Below, piece after piece: positions 1 to 9,796 of a stretch of DNA of 64,000 nt (positions are counted from its first letter, which is position 1; each line of letters begins with the position of its first letter). The translations under genes were made by a program, and so were the position numbers. The notes under the pieces are model-generated. The model was not told the DNA's origin and ran no database searches. It was given only the letters and a program-made list of their open reading frames with translations. Source of the stretch: an uncultured Bacteroidales bacterium (lineage in GTDB: Bacteria > Bacteroidota > Bacteroidia > Bacteroidales > Bacteroidaceae); the NCBI GenBank assembly GCA_902799655.1, contig CADCBH010000009.1:3619-67618 (forward strand), given 5' to 3'.

Positions 1-11
1 ATTATTTGTCA

Positions 12-98
12 CTGAATTTTCTAGAGAATTCGTCGCTAAACCCTAGGTTTACGCATCGCAAGAAGTATTCTTGCCATTCAATTCTCTAGAGAATTCAG
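12..98. repeat. Multi-hairpin palindromic element
   Basis: CTGAATTTTCTAGAGAATT (12-30) is the reverse complement of AATTCTCTAGAGAATTCAG (80-98) with 1 mismatch; it encloses hairpins TAAACC-CTA-GGTTTA and GCAAGAA-GTA-TTCTTGC. Confidence 0.7.
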
Positions 99-114
99 CA
101 ACGAGGCACTATTG

Positions 115-193
115 TGTCACCCTTGTGTCACCGTTTGTCACCCTTCAAAACGTTGCACACCCTTTATCCATAAGGGTTGTGTCAACGTGTCAC
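115..193. repeat. TGTCAC direct repeats with internal inverted repeat
   Basis: TGTCAC at 115, 126, 136 and 188; CCCTT-TATCCAT-AAGGG at 160-176. Confidence 0.65.
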
Positions 194-377
194 CCTTTGT
201 TTCAAAAAAGTATGAGATGAAGCGACGCATATTCTGTGGTAAAGAAGTCTCAAAGGGAGGCTTATCGATGGAGGATATGTAAACTGGCATGCTGGAGTGT
301 TTTTTGACGCAGGTCAATAAAACCGAATAAATTGTAGATTAATATGCATGAAGCATCCTGAATGATGCATTATTGCT

Positions 378-385
378 TACCTTTG
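378..385 (+). promoter_or_regulatory. Bacteroidota sigmaA -7 box for small-ORF transcript
   Basis: TACCTTTG matches TAnnTTTG. Confidence 0.7.
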
Positions 386-461
386 CACTTGCAATCGCGA
401 TGATTGTATCAACATTTTCATTAGGTTAGTAGTTTATTATAGGATTTTTAAGGTAAAGATT

Positions 462-557
462 ATGTTAGTAGATTTTCAAACGACAATGTTGGTGGCATTA
501 GTGGTCGTAACCACGGTGCTCAGTGTCATCACACTGGTTAACACCAACATCCGTTAA
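462..557 (+). CDS. 31-aa hydrophobic small protein (MLVDFQTTMLVALVVVTTVLSVITLVNTNIR)
   Basis: Manual translation; A at -3; single TM-like stretch; lies between its own promoter and terminator; too short for the ORF track. Confidence 0.55.
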   Translation: MLVDFQTTMLVALVVVTTVLSVITLVNTNIR

Positions 558-560
558 TGG

Positions 561-600
561 AAAGAGCACGGAGTGAGGGATTCATACCGTGCTCTTTTTT
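561..600 (+). terminator. Intrinsic terminator
   Basis: AAAGAGCACGG...CCGTGCTCTTT followed by a T-run. Confidence 0.8.
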
Positions 601-723
601 GTTTATAAAACCTAAAAATCGGCCATTTATGATATATTTAACTTAATAAAAGGTAGAAATATGCTCAAATTTCGGGAAATGTGCGTAAATTTGCACGGAA
701 TTTTGGAATCAAAGCCCATTTTC

Positions 724-1833
724 ATGAAACATATCACGACAATATACCTATTTCTGGCCATGCTTTTAGCGATGGTCTCCTGTCAAGGAACAACAGACAA
801 CACGGTGACGCTCTATGATGATGCAATCATCACCTCATTCTCTGTGACCTCGATAGACTGCTATGTGGATGGTGAGAAAACCACCTACAGCGGAAGCGGC
901 TATAAGTTCAACATCGATCCTATCAGCCACCAGATTTACAACACCGACTCACTGCCCATGGGCACAGATATCGAGCATATCCGGTGCACATTGAAAACCA
1001 TGAACAATGGTATGGCATGGCTTGTCAGCAAAGATGGTGAGATGATGACCTATTTCAGCGCTACTGATACCATCGACTTCTCGACACCACGTATCTTCCG
1101 TATCTATCCCAGCAGGGGACAGGGTTACACTGAATATACGGTGAAAGTGAACGTACACCAAGAGGATGGCGACGATATGAAGTGGACACGCATGATGGAA
1201 GAGTCATTCCCTACCGATCCGACGCTGCCTGCAGACCTGAAGAAGTATTTAGGCAAAAGCACTTCTGAAGAGTATGCCCTGTCTACCAACGACCGCATCA
1301 TGGTCAAGAAGAAGGGACAGACAGCATGGGAAGAGGATTTCATCGGCGAAGGCTGTGACTATGCCCTGATACCTACTCAGAATGTCTCACTGGTGAGCTA
1401 CCCACTCCTTTACTCAGACTCTACCGACTATGTCCTCATGGCTGGTACATCACTCAACAATGACAAGCGTGCGATGGTATGGCGCAAAATCGTGGACTAT
1501 AGCCAGTTCTCATATCTGAACCAGTGGATACTGATAGAGCGTGAGGACAATGACAAATACAACCTGCCCCTGTTGACCAACCTGAACCTCATCTACTACG
1601 ATGATGGCATACTGGCTTTCGGTGGGGACTACAAGACGGTGTACAAGAGCCGCGACAACGGCATCACATGGAAACCCTACGCATTCATCATGCCTTACGA
1701 CTTCAAATATGAAGGACTGGAGAAAGTGATTGTCAAGACAGATGACGACTTCTTCATCTGGATGTACTGTGACTACGGTACCTCGAAAGAGATCTGGCGC
1801 GGAAGAATGAACAAAATGGCCTGGGAGTATTGA
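724..1833 (+). CDS. DUF6242-like lipoprotein
   Basis: Start moved to ATG 724, downstream of -7 box TAAATTTG (686-693); lipobox MVSC; occupies the position of the lipoprotein upstream of porG-uppS-bamA in Bacteroidales. Confidence 0.65.
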   Translation: MKHITTIYLFLAMLLAMVSCQGTTDNTVTLYDDAIITSFSVTSIDCYVDGEKTTYSGSGYKFNIDPISHQIYNTDSLPMGTDIEHIRCTLKTMNNGMAWLVSKDGEMMTYFSATDTIDFSTPRIFRIYPSRGQGYTEYTVKVNVHQEDGDDMKWTRMMEESFPTDPTLPADLKKYLGKSTSEEYALSTNDRIMVKKKGQTAWEEDFIGEGCDYALIPTQNVSLVSYPLLYSDSTDYVLMAGTSLNNDKRAMVWRKIVDYSQFSYLNQWILIEREDNDKYNLPLLTNLNLIYYDDGILAFGGDYKTVYKSRDNGITWKPYAFIMPYDFKYEGLEKVIVKTDDDFFIWMYCDYGTSKEIWRGRMNKMAWEY

Positions 1834-2504
1834 GAACAGCCTTAGCAGTCATATTGCTGGCTCTCGCAGTCAGCACAAGCGCACAGACAGAGCCGGAATA
1901 CCGAATGGAAATCGGTGGCGGCATTGGGATGGTGTCCTATCAGGGCGACTTCAACAGCAACTTGCTGAAAGAGATGCAGCCCATGTTCTCGCTGCTGGCG
2001 AAATACAGGTTCACCCCCCGCATGGCATTGGCCATGAACGTCAGTTACGGCAAGCTGAAGGGCTCGGCAAAGACGGTGACATCACACGTACCGCAGCAAT
2101 GGGAGTCATACACCTTCAGTAACAATATCTGGGACATCGGCATCAGGACAGAATACAATTTCTGGCCGTATGGAACAGGAATGGAATATCGTGGAGCCCA
2201 AAGGCTCACACCATATATATTGTTAGGACTAGGCCTGACGGTCTGCAAGCCTGACAGAACGGAGATCGCGCTGAACGTACCACTGGGTGCGGGCGTGAAG
2301 TACAAAGTCGCCGACCGCTTGAACATGGCCTTGGAATGGGCCATGCACATCACGGGCAGCGATATGCTTGACGGAGTGAAAGATCCCTACGGCATCAAGA
2401 GCTCCGGACTCTTCAAGAACACCGACTGCTACAGCGAGCTGCGCCTGTCGGTGACTTACGACATATGGGCCAAGTGCAAAACATGTCACAACGACCGCGA
2501 CTAA
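1830..2504 (+). CDS. porG: Outer-membrane beta-barrel, DUF6089/PorG-like (T9SS)
   Basis: Signal peptide, alternating beta strands, C-terminal CKTCHND; synteny with uppS-bamA-ompH as for P. gingivalis porG. Confidence 0.7.
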   Translation: MRTALAVILLALAVSTSAQTEPEYRMEIGGGIGMVSYQGDFNSNLLKEMQPMFSLLAKYRFTPRMALAMNVSYGKLKGSAKTVTSHVPQQWESYTFSNNIWDIGIRTEYNFWPYGTGMEYRGAQRLTPYILLGLGLTVCKPDRTEIALNVPLGAGVKYKVADRLNMALEWAMHITGSDMLDGVKDPYGIKSSGLFKNTDCYSELRLSVTYDIWAKCKTCHNDRD

Positions 2505-2519
2505 TCATGCATAAGAATT

Positions 2520-3254
2520 ATGAATTATGATCTGAAATACATCCCCCAGCATATTGCCATCATCATGGACGGCAATGGACGTTGGGCCAATGAGCGAGGC
2601 AAGGAACGCAGCTTCGGCCATCAGGCCGGTGTAGAGGCTGTGCGCCGCATCACTACGGAATGTAGCAATCTGGGAGTCAAGTTCCTGACACTCTACACCT
2701 TCTCTACAGAGAACTGGAACCGTCCTTCCGACGAGGTTGCTGCCCTGATGGGACTGGTGCTCACCTCATTGGAAGACGAGATATTTATGAAGAACAATGT
2801 GCGCTTCCGTGTCATTGGCGATATCAAGCGACTGCCAGAGGTGGTTCAGCAGAAATTGCACGAGACTGAGGAGCACACCGCCAAGAACGACTCCATGACC
2901 ATGACCATCGCCCTGAGCTACTCAAGCCGATGGGAGATTACCAATGCCGTACAGGAGATTGCTGCCGACGTCAAGGAGGGGAAGTTGGATATCAATGCCA
3001 TCGACGAATCGGTCGTCAACGAGCATCTGACCACCAACTTCATGCCCGACCCCGACTTGCTGATTCGCACAGGCGGTGAGTTGCGCATCTCAAACTACCT
3101 ATTATGGCAGATTGCCTATTCCGAGCTGTATTTCTGCGACACATACTGGCCCGATTTCGATGCAGAAGCCTTGCACAAGGCCATCGAGAGCTATCAGCAA
3201 CGCCAGCGCCGCTTTGGTAAGACGGAGGCACAGGTAGAGAACGAAGAAAAGTAA
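2520..3254 (+). CDS. uppS: Undecaprenyl diphosphate synthase
   Basis: [38 protein letters not shown] motifs. Confidence 0.97.
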   Translation: MNYDLKYIPQHIAIIMDGNGRWANERGKERSFGHQAGVEAVRRITTECSNLGVKFLTLYTFSTENWNRPSDEVAALMGLVLTSLEDEIFMKNNVRFRVIGDIKRLPEVVQQKLHETEEHTAKNDSMTMTIALSYSSRWEITNAVQEIAADVKEGKLDINAIDESVVNEHLTTNFMPDPDLLIRTGGELRISNYLLWQIAYSELYFCDTYWPDFDAEALHKAIESYQQRQRRFGKTEAQVENEEK

Positions 3255-3259
3255 GATAA

Positions 3260-3368
3260 TAAAAAGGTAAAATAGTAAAAGCAAAGTGAAAATAAAAGCG
3301 ATTACAACGAGGGTAAAGGTGATGGTAAAAGGTATTTTACCTTTTTACCTTTTAACCTTGTTACCTTT
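3260..3368. repeat. GGTAAAA / TTTTACC repeat palindrome overlapping bamA start
   Basis: GGTAAAA-like units at 3266, 3274, 3311, 3324, then reverse-complement units at 3335-3365. Confidence 0.7.
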
Positions 3369-5958
3369 AGGCGTTAACGCGCAGGATGTCATCGTCAATC
3401 CCGACATATCATATGCCGGAACACCGCGCCGCTGCGAAATCGGTGGATTAGCAGTCAAAGGTGTTGAGGGCTATGAAGACTACGTGCTGACAGGTCTCTC
3501 TGGACTCTCTGTAGGTCAGACGATTGATGTCCCAGGTCCAGAGATTACCGAAGCAGTAAAGCGCTATTGGAAACATGGACTGTTCTCCAAGGTATCCATC
3601 TCTGCCGACTCTCTGATTGGCAACAAGATCTATCTGTGCATACATCTGGCTACGCGACCACGCGTGAGTGCCATCAACTACTACGGTCTGAAAAAGTCGG
3701 AACGTGAGGATATGGAGACCAAGCTGGGTGTCGTCAAAGGCAGCCAGATCACGCCTAACATGCTCGACCGTGCCAGAGTGCTGGCGAAGAAATACTTCGA
3801 TGACAAAGGCTACAATAATGCAGACATTCAGATTACCCAGCGCGACGACGTGACGGGCAAGAACGAGGTGATTCTCGATGTCTCCGTCGACAAAAAATCA
3901 AAGATGAAGGTGCGCAAGATCATCTTCGATGGCAACGAGAAGATGTCGCACAGCAAGCTGACGGGTTCCATGTTCCGCAAGGGTGCTTTCGGAAAAATCA
4001 ACGAGTCTGGCAAGCTGAAGAACCTCTTCAAATCCAAGAAGTTCACACCTGAGCGCTATGAGGAAGCCAAGACAGCCCTTATTGACAAATACAACGAATT
4101 GGGTTATCGTGATGCCACCATATTGGAAGACTCCGTATGGACGGTTGACGAGAAACATGTCAACGTGTATGTCAAGCTTGAGGAAGGTGAGCGCTATTAT
4201 ATCCGCAATATCACATGGGTGGGTAACACAGTGGTCACCACAGACTATCTGAATCAGGCACTGGGCATGCGGAAAGGCGATGTCTATAACCAGAAACAGA
4301 TGAAGAAGCGCCTCTCAGAAGATGATGATGCTGTCGGCAACTACTACTGGAACAATGGTTACCTGTTCTACCAGCTCGAACCGACTGAAATCAACATCGT
4401 GGGCGACAGCATCGACCTCGAAATGCGTATCCAGGAAGGTACTCAGGCACACATCAGTCATGTGCGTATCTATGGTAACGACCGCCTCTACGAAGAGGTC
4501 GTACGCCGAGAGCTGCGCACCAAGCCTGGTGATTTGTTCTCTAAGGAAGCCATCCAGCGTTCGGCACGAGAAATCGCCTCAACAGGCTTCTTCGATCCTG
4601 AAAAGGTCAATCCCGATATCAAGCCCAACTATGAGGACGGTACTGTTGACATCAACTGGGAACTGGAACAGAAGTCCAACGACCAGCTGGAATTCTCATT
4701 AGGTTGGGGACAGACGGGTATCATCGGACGTATCGGTATCAAACTCAACAACTTCTCGATGCGTAACCTGTTCGGAAAGAACAAGATGCACCGTGGTATC
4801 ATGCCAATCGGTGATGGTGAGCAGTTGTCATTGTCATACCAGTCCAACGGTAGCTACTACAACTCTATTTCGACGGGTTATTCTACAGGTTGGTTTGGTG
4901 GCAAGCGCCCCAATGCGTTCAATATCAGCATTTTCTACTCTAAGCAGAGTGATATCTCGAGTACCTATCGTAACTCGGCTTGGATGAACAACTACAATAA
5001 TTATTATGGTGGTTACGGTTCATTTAACAGCGGCTACTACGACTACACCTCCATGATGGACGAAGACAAATACATCAAACTCTTCGGTGTTTCCGTGGGA
5101 TGGGGTAAGCGTCTGCGCTGGCCTGATGACTACTTCCAGTTGTCTACCCAGTTGTCATATACCCGTTATATGCTGCGCGACTGGAGCTACTTCCTGATTT
5201 CCAATGGTAACTGTAATAACATCAACCTGGGTATCACGCTGTCGCGTAACTCCACTGACAACCAACTGTTCCCACGTCGTGGTTCAGAATTCATGGCCTC
5301 TGTCACCCTTACGCCACCCTGGTCACTGCTCAACAAGAAGGACTATGCCAATCTGGCTACTGCGGAGACATACAACAAGAACATCGACCGCTACAATGAC
5401 GAGTTGCAGGAGAAATACCGTTGGATTGAGTACCACAAGTGGAAGCTCAAGACAAGATCATTCACGGCACTCACTGGTGGCCAGAAGTGTCTGGTGCTGA
5501 TGACACGCGTAGAACTGGGTCTTCTTGGTTCATACAACAAATACAACAAATCACCATTTGAGACGTTCTATGTCGGTGGTGACGGTATGAGTGGCTATAG
5601 CACAGGTTACGCTGAAGAGACCATCGGTCTGCGTGGTTATGAGAATGGATCGCTGACCCCGTATCGTGCTGAAGGTTATGCCTACGACCGCTTTACACTG
5701 GAGTTGCGCTATCCGCTGCTGCTGGGTAATACGACCATCTATGGTCTGGGATTCTTGGAGGGTGGTAACGCTTGGTCGGAAACCAAGAATTTCAATCCCT
5801 TCGAAATCAAGCGCTCTGCTGGTATCGGTGTACGTATCTTCCTGCCAATGGTTGGTATGATGGGTATCGACTGGGCATATGGTTTCGACAAGCCCTACGC
5901 GACATCAACACGTAAAGGCGGTAGCCAGTTCCACTTCATCCTCGGACAAGAATTCTAG
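3286..5958 (+). CDS. bamA: Outer membrane protein assembly factor BamA
   Basis: POTRA repeats, IGLRGYENG motif, C-terminal ILGQEF; start is GTG 3286 or ATG 3322. Confidence 0.95.
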   Translation: MKIKAITTRVKVMVKGILPFYLLTLLPLGVNAQDVIVNPDISYAGTPRRCEIGGLAVKGVEGYEDYVLTGLSGLSVGQTIDVPGPEITEAVKRYWKHGLFSKVSISADSLIGNKIYLCIHLATRPRVSAINYYGLKKSEREDMETKLGVVKGSQITPNMLDRARVLAKKYFDDKGYNNADIQITQRDDVTGKNEVILDVSVDKKSKMKVRKIIFDGNEKMSHSKLTGSMFRKGAFGKINESGKLKNLFKSKKFTPERYEEAKTALIDKYNELGYRDATILEDSVWTVDEKHVNVYVKLEEGERYYIRNITWVGNTVVTTDYLNQALGMRKGDVYNQKQMKKRLSEDDDAVGNYYWNNGYLFYQLEPTEINIVGDSIDLEMRIQEGTQAHISHVRIYGNDRLYEEVVRRELRTKPGDLFSKEAIQRSAREIASTGFFDPEKVNPDIKPNYEDGTVDINWELEQKSNDQLEFSLGWGQTGIIGRIGIKLNNFSMRNLFGKNKMHRGIMPIGDGEQLSLSYQSNGSYYNSISTGYSTGWFGGKRPNAFNISIFYSKQSDISSTYRNSAWMNNYNNYYGGYGSFNSGYYDYTSMMDEDKYIKLFGVSVGWGKRLRWPDDYFQLSTQLSYTRYMLRDWSYFLISNGNCNNINLGITLSRNSTDNQLFPRRGSEFMASVTLTPPWSLLNKKDYANLATAETYNKNIDRYNDELQEKYRWIEYHKWKLKTRSFTALTGGQKCLVLMTRVELGLLGSYNKYNKSPFETFYVGGDGMSGYSTGYAEETIGLRGYENGSLTPYRAEGYAYDRFTLELRYPLLLGNTTIYGLGFLEGGNAWSETKNFNPFEIKRSAGIGVRIFLPMVGMMGIDWAYGFDKPYATSTRKGGSQFHFILGQEF

Positions 5959-6023
5959 GAAACTTTAAACCTTTCGTCAGTTTTCTCGTCAAAGAAGATG
6001 TATTAACATAAAAAGAGACGATT

Positions 6024-6539
6024 ATGAAGAAGTATTTATTGATAGTAGGTTTGGCGTTTGCATCGGTCCTGTCGATGCAGGCCCAGAAGTTTGCTTTAGT
6101 CGATATGGACTATATCTTCAAGAACATTCCTGCCTATGAGCGCGCCAACGAGCAACTCAACCAGGTGTCAAAGAAGTGGCAGGCAGAGGTAGAAGCCGTC
6201 CAGATTGAAGCTCAGACCTTGTATAAGAACTACCAGAATGAAGTGGTATTCCTGTCTCAGGAGCAAAAGAAGACCCGCCAGGACGCCATCGTTGCTAAGG
6301 AGAAAGAGGCAGCAGACCTGAAGAAGAAATATTTCGGTCCCGAGGGCGAGCTCTTCAAGAAGCGCACGGCACTGATGACTCCGATACAGGAAGAGGTATA
6401 CAATGCCGTTAAGGATATTGCCGACCTGCGTGGCTATCAGCTTATCCTCGACCGTGCCAGCGACAACGGCATCATCTTCGGTTCACCCAAGGTAGACATC
6501 TCCAACGAAGTGCTCTCGAAGCTTGGCTATAGTAACTAA
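6024..6539 (+). CDS. skp: OmpH/Skp chaperone
   Basis: QKFALVDMDYIF start, coiled coil, KVDISNEVLSKLG end; follows bamA. Confidence 0.9.
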   Translation: MKKYLLIVGLAFASVLSMQAQKFALVDMDYIFKNIPAYERANEQLNQVSKKWQAEVEAVQIEAQTLYKNYQNEVVFLSQEQKKTRQDAIVAKEKEAADLKKKYFGPEGELFKKRTALMTPIQEEVYNAVKDIADLRGYQLILDRASDNGIIFGSPKVDISNEVLSKLGYSN

Positions 6540-6542
6540 ACG

Positions 6543-6590
6543 TCGAAGCATCGAAATATCGAAGCATCGAAATATCGAAATATCGAAGAA
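6543..6590 (+). repeat. TCGA-core 8-bp tandem array (6 units)
   Basis: TCGAAGCA TCGAAATA TCGAAGCA TCGAAATA TCGAAATA TCGAAGAA. Confidence 0.9.
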
Positions 6591-6614
6591 AAAAACAATA
6601 AAAGAAAAAAAACT

Positions 6615-7115
6615 ATGAAGAAATTAATTATCTGCGCTATTTGCGCACTCTGCGGTTTCACCACCGCCAATGCACAGAAATTCGGCCACGTAAACTCTCA
6701 GGAGATTATCCAGGCTATGCCAGAATTCGCTAAGGCACGCACCGAGATTGAGGCTCTCTCTAAACAGTATGAAGCAGACCTGAAGAGCATGTACGAGGAA
6801 CTGCAGAAGAAGGGTGAGGCCTATGAGAAGGAACAGGCTACCCTGCCCCAGAACATCAAGGAGCGTCGTGAGAAAGAACTGGCCGAGATGCAGCAGAAGA
6901 TCCAGCAGAGCTATCAGGACAACCAGCAGGCTCTCGCCAAGGAGCAGCAGGAGAAGATGCAGGCTATCACCACCAAGGTGCTCGATGCTATCAAGGCTAT
7001 CGGTGCTGCTGGCAACTATGTATATATCATGGATGTCACCAGTGGTATTCCCTACATCAGCACAACGCTCTCTACCGACGTTACTGCTGAAGTTAAGAAG
7101 AAGCTCGGCCTGTAA
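6615..7115 (+). CDS. skp: OmpH/Skp chaperone
   Basis: KFGHVNSQEI, coiled coil, DVTAEVKKKLGL. Confidence 0.9.
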   Translation: MKKLIICAICALCGFTTANAQKFGHVNSQEIIQAMPEFAKARTEIEALSKQYEADLKSMYEELQKKGEAYEKEQATLPQNIKERREKELAEMQQKIQQSYQDNQQALAKEQQEKMQAITTKVLDAIKAIGAAGNYVYIMDVTSGIPYISTTLSTDVTAEVKKKLGL

Positions 7116-7139
7116 TAACAAGCAGGTCATCAAGACAAT

Positions 7140-7171
7140 ATACAGCTGATACGAGTCCGTATCAGCTGTAT
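7140..7171 (+). terminator. 14-bp perfect intergenic hairpin (terminator or mRNA stability element)
   Basis: ATACAGCTGATACG-AGTC-CGTATCAGCTGTAT; weak U-tract. Confidence 0.55.
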
Positions 7172-7192
7172 TCAATCCACCATTCCACAGTT

Positions 7193-7702
7193 ATGAAGAA
7201 AGCAATAGTATTAGTAGTCATGGCGCTGTTGACGGCTCTGCCAACAGTAGCACAGGATGCGTTGAAGTTCGGCTATCTGAGCTATTCCAACGTGCTGCAG
7301 GCAATGCCAGAATATGCCACCATGCAAAGCAAGATGGCTGAGTTGCGCCAGAAATATGAGGCCGAACAGCAGCGCGTAGAAGAGGACTTCAACAAGAAGT
7401 ACGAAGAATTCCTGGACGGTCAGAAGAGTTTTCCCAAGACGATCTTGCAGAAGCGCCAGAGCGAACTTCAGGAGATGCTTGACAAGAATGTCGCTTTCAA
7501 GAAAGAAAGCCAGCGACTGCTCACACAGGCCGAAGAGGATGCCATCGCTCCCATCAAGTCTCGCCTGTCAGAGGCCCTCGCAGCCATCGGAAGTGAGAAA
7601 GGCTATGCTATCATCATCAATACTGACGAGAAGGCAACGCTCTGGCTGAATCCCGCCATGGGAGAAGATATCACCGAAACGGTCAAGAACTACCTTAAAT
7701 AA
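7193..7702 (+). CDS. skp: OmpH/Skp chaperone (third paralog)
   Basis: KFGYLSYSNVL, coiled coil, GEDITETVK. Confidence 0.85.
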   Translation: MKKAIVLVVMALLTALPTVAQDALKFGYLSYSNVLQAMPEYATMQSKMAELRQKYEAEQQRVEEDFNKKYEEFLDGQKSFPKTILQKRQSELQEMLDKNVAFKKESQRLLTQAEEDAIAPIKSRLSEALAAIGSEKGYAIIINTDEKATLWLNPAMGEDITETVKNYLK

Positions 7703-7735
7703 TTCTCAATTGCCCATTCCCCATTCTCAATTGTC
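7701..7735 (+). repeat. 7-bp tandem array (5 units)
   Basis: AATTCTC AATTGCC CATTCCC CATTCTC AATTGTC. Confidence 0.7.
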
Positions 7736-8561
7736 ACAAGCACCTGGTCCCATCGGCATCTTTGATAGCGGTTATGGTGGACTGACCATCCTGCATGGGA
7801 TTCGTCAGTTGCTTCCTGAGTATGACTATCTGTACTTGGGTGACAATGCACGTACACCATATGGCACACGCTCATTTGAGGTGGTCTATGAGTTTACGCG
7901 ACAGGCTGTTGAGAAACTCTTCGAGATGGGCTGTCATCTCGTCATCCTGGCTTGTAACACAGCCTCAGCAAAGGCTCTGCGCTCCATACAACAGAACGAC
8001 CTGCCCAAGATTGATCCCAACCGTCGCGTTTTGGGTGTCATCCGTCCTACCGCAGAGGTGATCGGCTCATTGACGCACAACCGCCATGTGGGTATTTTTG
8101 CCACAGAGGGCACCATCAGGAGTGAATCGTACAATCTCGAAATCCAAAAGCTATATCCAGACATCAAGGTTACTGGTGTAGCCTGTCCGTTCTGGGTACC
8201 TCTGGTTGAATACAATGAGGCTGACTCGCCAGGTGCAGACTATTTTGTCAAGAAGCGTATCGACCAGATGATGCGCATAGACCCTGACATCGATACTGTC
8301 ATCTTGGGTTGCACACACTACCCTATCCTGCTGCCCAAGATTCATAAGTTCATGCCCCGCGGCATCCGCATCGTCTCACAAGGCGAATATGTAGCCAATT
8401 CGCTACAACACTATTTCGAGCGTCACCCGGAAATGGAGCGACGCTGCACAAAAAATGGCCAGACACGCTATCTGACCACCGAGAATCCTGAGAGATTCAA
8501 GGAACAGGCCCAACTCTTCCTCCATCAGCCGATAGAGGTGGAAAACATTACCTTAGTATAG
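7710..8561 (+). CDS. murI: Glutamate racemase
   Basis: PIGIFDSGYGGLT, LACNTAS, LGCTHYP; TTG start at 7710 or 7731. Confidence 0.96.
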   Translation: MPIPHSQLSQAPGPIGIFDSGYGGLTILHGIRQLLPEYDYLYLGDNARTPYGTRSFEVVYEFTRQAVEKLFEMGCHLVILACNTASAKALRSIQQNDLPKIDPNRRVLGVIRPTAEVIGSLTHNRHVGIFATEGTIRSESYNLEIQKLYPDIKVTGVACPFWVPLVEYNEADSPGADYFVKKRIDQMMRIDPDIDTVILGCTHYPILLPKIHKFMPRGIRIVSQGEYVANSLQHYFERHPEMERRCTKNGQTRYLTTENPERFKEQAQLFLHQPIEVENITLV

Positions 8562-8563
8562 TT

Positions 8564-9796
8564 TTATCGTCGAAGCAATCGCTTGGACAGGTAGCGTACG
8601 GGATACCATACGCTCAGGAAACCCACTACCACAACTGTGATGAAGATGAGTACCACATCCCATGGATGTACACTCACTGGATAGGCATCAATGACAAATG
8701 ATCCCTCACTGTTACCTAACCGTACCAATCCGTACTCTTGTTGCAACCAGCAGAGCAGAAGACCTAAGAGAATGCCTATCACCGCACCCATCAATGAAAT
8801 CATGCGACCCTCAAACAGGAAAATACGTATGATCTGGTGTTCACTGGCCCCCAGACTGCTGAGGGTGGCCACATCACTACGCTTGTCGATAATCAGCATC
8901 GACAACGAGCCGATGATATTGAAACAGGCTATGATGAGGATAAACGTCAGGAAGATATACGCCATCAGCTTCTCCACCTTCATAATGCGGAAGGTATCAT
9001 CCTGCTGCTCATAGCGGTCATAGACATGGAAACGTCCTTCTGCCAAACGCTGCATCTCTGTCTTGACGGCTTCGAAATCGCTTCCGGGTCGCAGACGCAG
9101 CTCAAGGGACGAAAGACGATTGTCTTGGTCGAAAAGGTGACGCGTGAAGTCCAATGAGGTCAGAATATACTGCTTGTCGTATTTCGTCTGCTTGATACAG
9201 AACACCACGCCAGGAGAATACAACTCGTCCTCAACGAAACCGTCGGTAGGATCGGCCATATTCAATTGCCCCTCGCGACGCGGCGCGTAGATCTTCAACG
9301 GCTGCTGATAGGTATAACCTAACCCTAACTGGTAGGCAATACCCAGACCAGGAATACCATAACTCATATCAGCGGCATGCAGCGAGAACTCACCATCGCC
9401 CTCGAGTACCTCACGGATATGCGTCAGCGAGTCGAAATTATCTTGGACACCCTTGATACGTACCATCATCTGACGATTGCCATAGACGGCGAGCGCCTGG
9501 TCTTCCAGACACTCAGTAGCCACTTCTACAGCGGGAAGATGACGGATCTTCATCAGCACAGGGTCGTCAGCCGAGGCCGTCTTACCTTTGACGGGGACCA
9601 CTTTCAGTTGCGGATCCATCTGTGTGAAAAAAGAAGCCACCAAGTCATGGAACCCATTAAACACAGACAGCGTCACCACAAGAGCCATCGTTGCCACAGC
9701 GACACCGATAACAGAGATGCCGCTGATGATGTTGATGGCGTGTGTGGACTTCTTGGAGAAGAGATAACGCCGTGCTATGTAAAAAGGGAAATTCAC
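8564..9796 (-). CDS. LolC/E (FtsX-like) ABC transporter permease
   Basis: FYIARRYLFSKK N-terminus, periplasmic domain, C-terminal FtsX TM bundle. Confidence 0.85.
   Translation of the reverse strand: MNFPFYIARRYLFSKKSTHAINIISGISVIGVAVATMALVVTLSVFNGFHDLVASFFTQMDPQLKVVPVKGKTASADDPVLMKIRHLPAVEVATECLEDQALAVYGNRQMMVRIKGVQDNFDSLTHIREVLEGDGEFSLHAADMSYGIPGLGIAYQLGLGYTYQQPLKIYAPRREGQLNMADPTDGFVEDELYSPGVVFCIKQTKYDKQYILTSLDFTRHLFDQDNRLSSLELRLRPGSDFEAVKTEMQRLAEGRFHVYDRYEQQDDTFRIMKVEKLMAYIFLTFILIIACFNIIGSLSMLIIDKRSDVATLSSLGASEHQIIRIFLFEGRMISLMGAVIGILLGLLLCWLQQEYGLVRLGNSEGSFVIDAYPVSVHPWDVVLIFITVVVVGFLSVWYPVRYLSKRLLRR

Noticed and set aside
217-282. 21-aa ORF MKRRIFCGKEVSKGGLSMEDM
   Set aside because: No promoter or terminator context and no recognisable features.
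6543-6590. Octamer arrays as CRISPR repeats
   Set aside because: Units are 8 bp with no unique spacers, and no cas genes are present.
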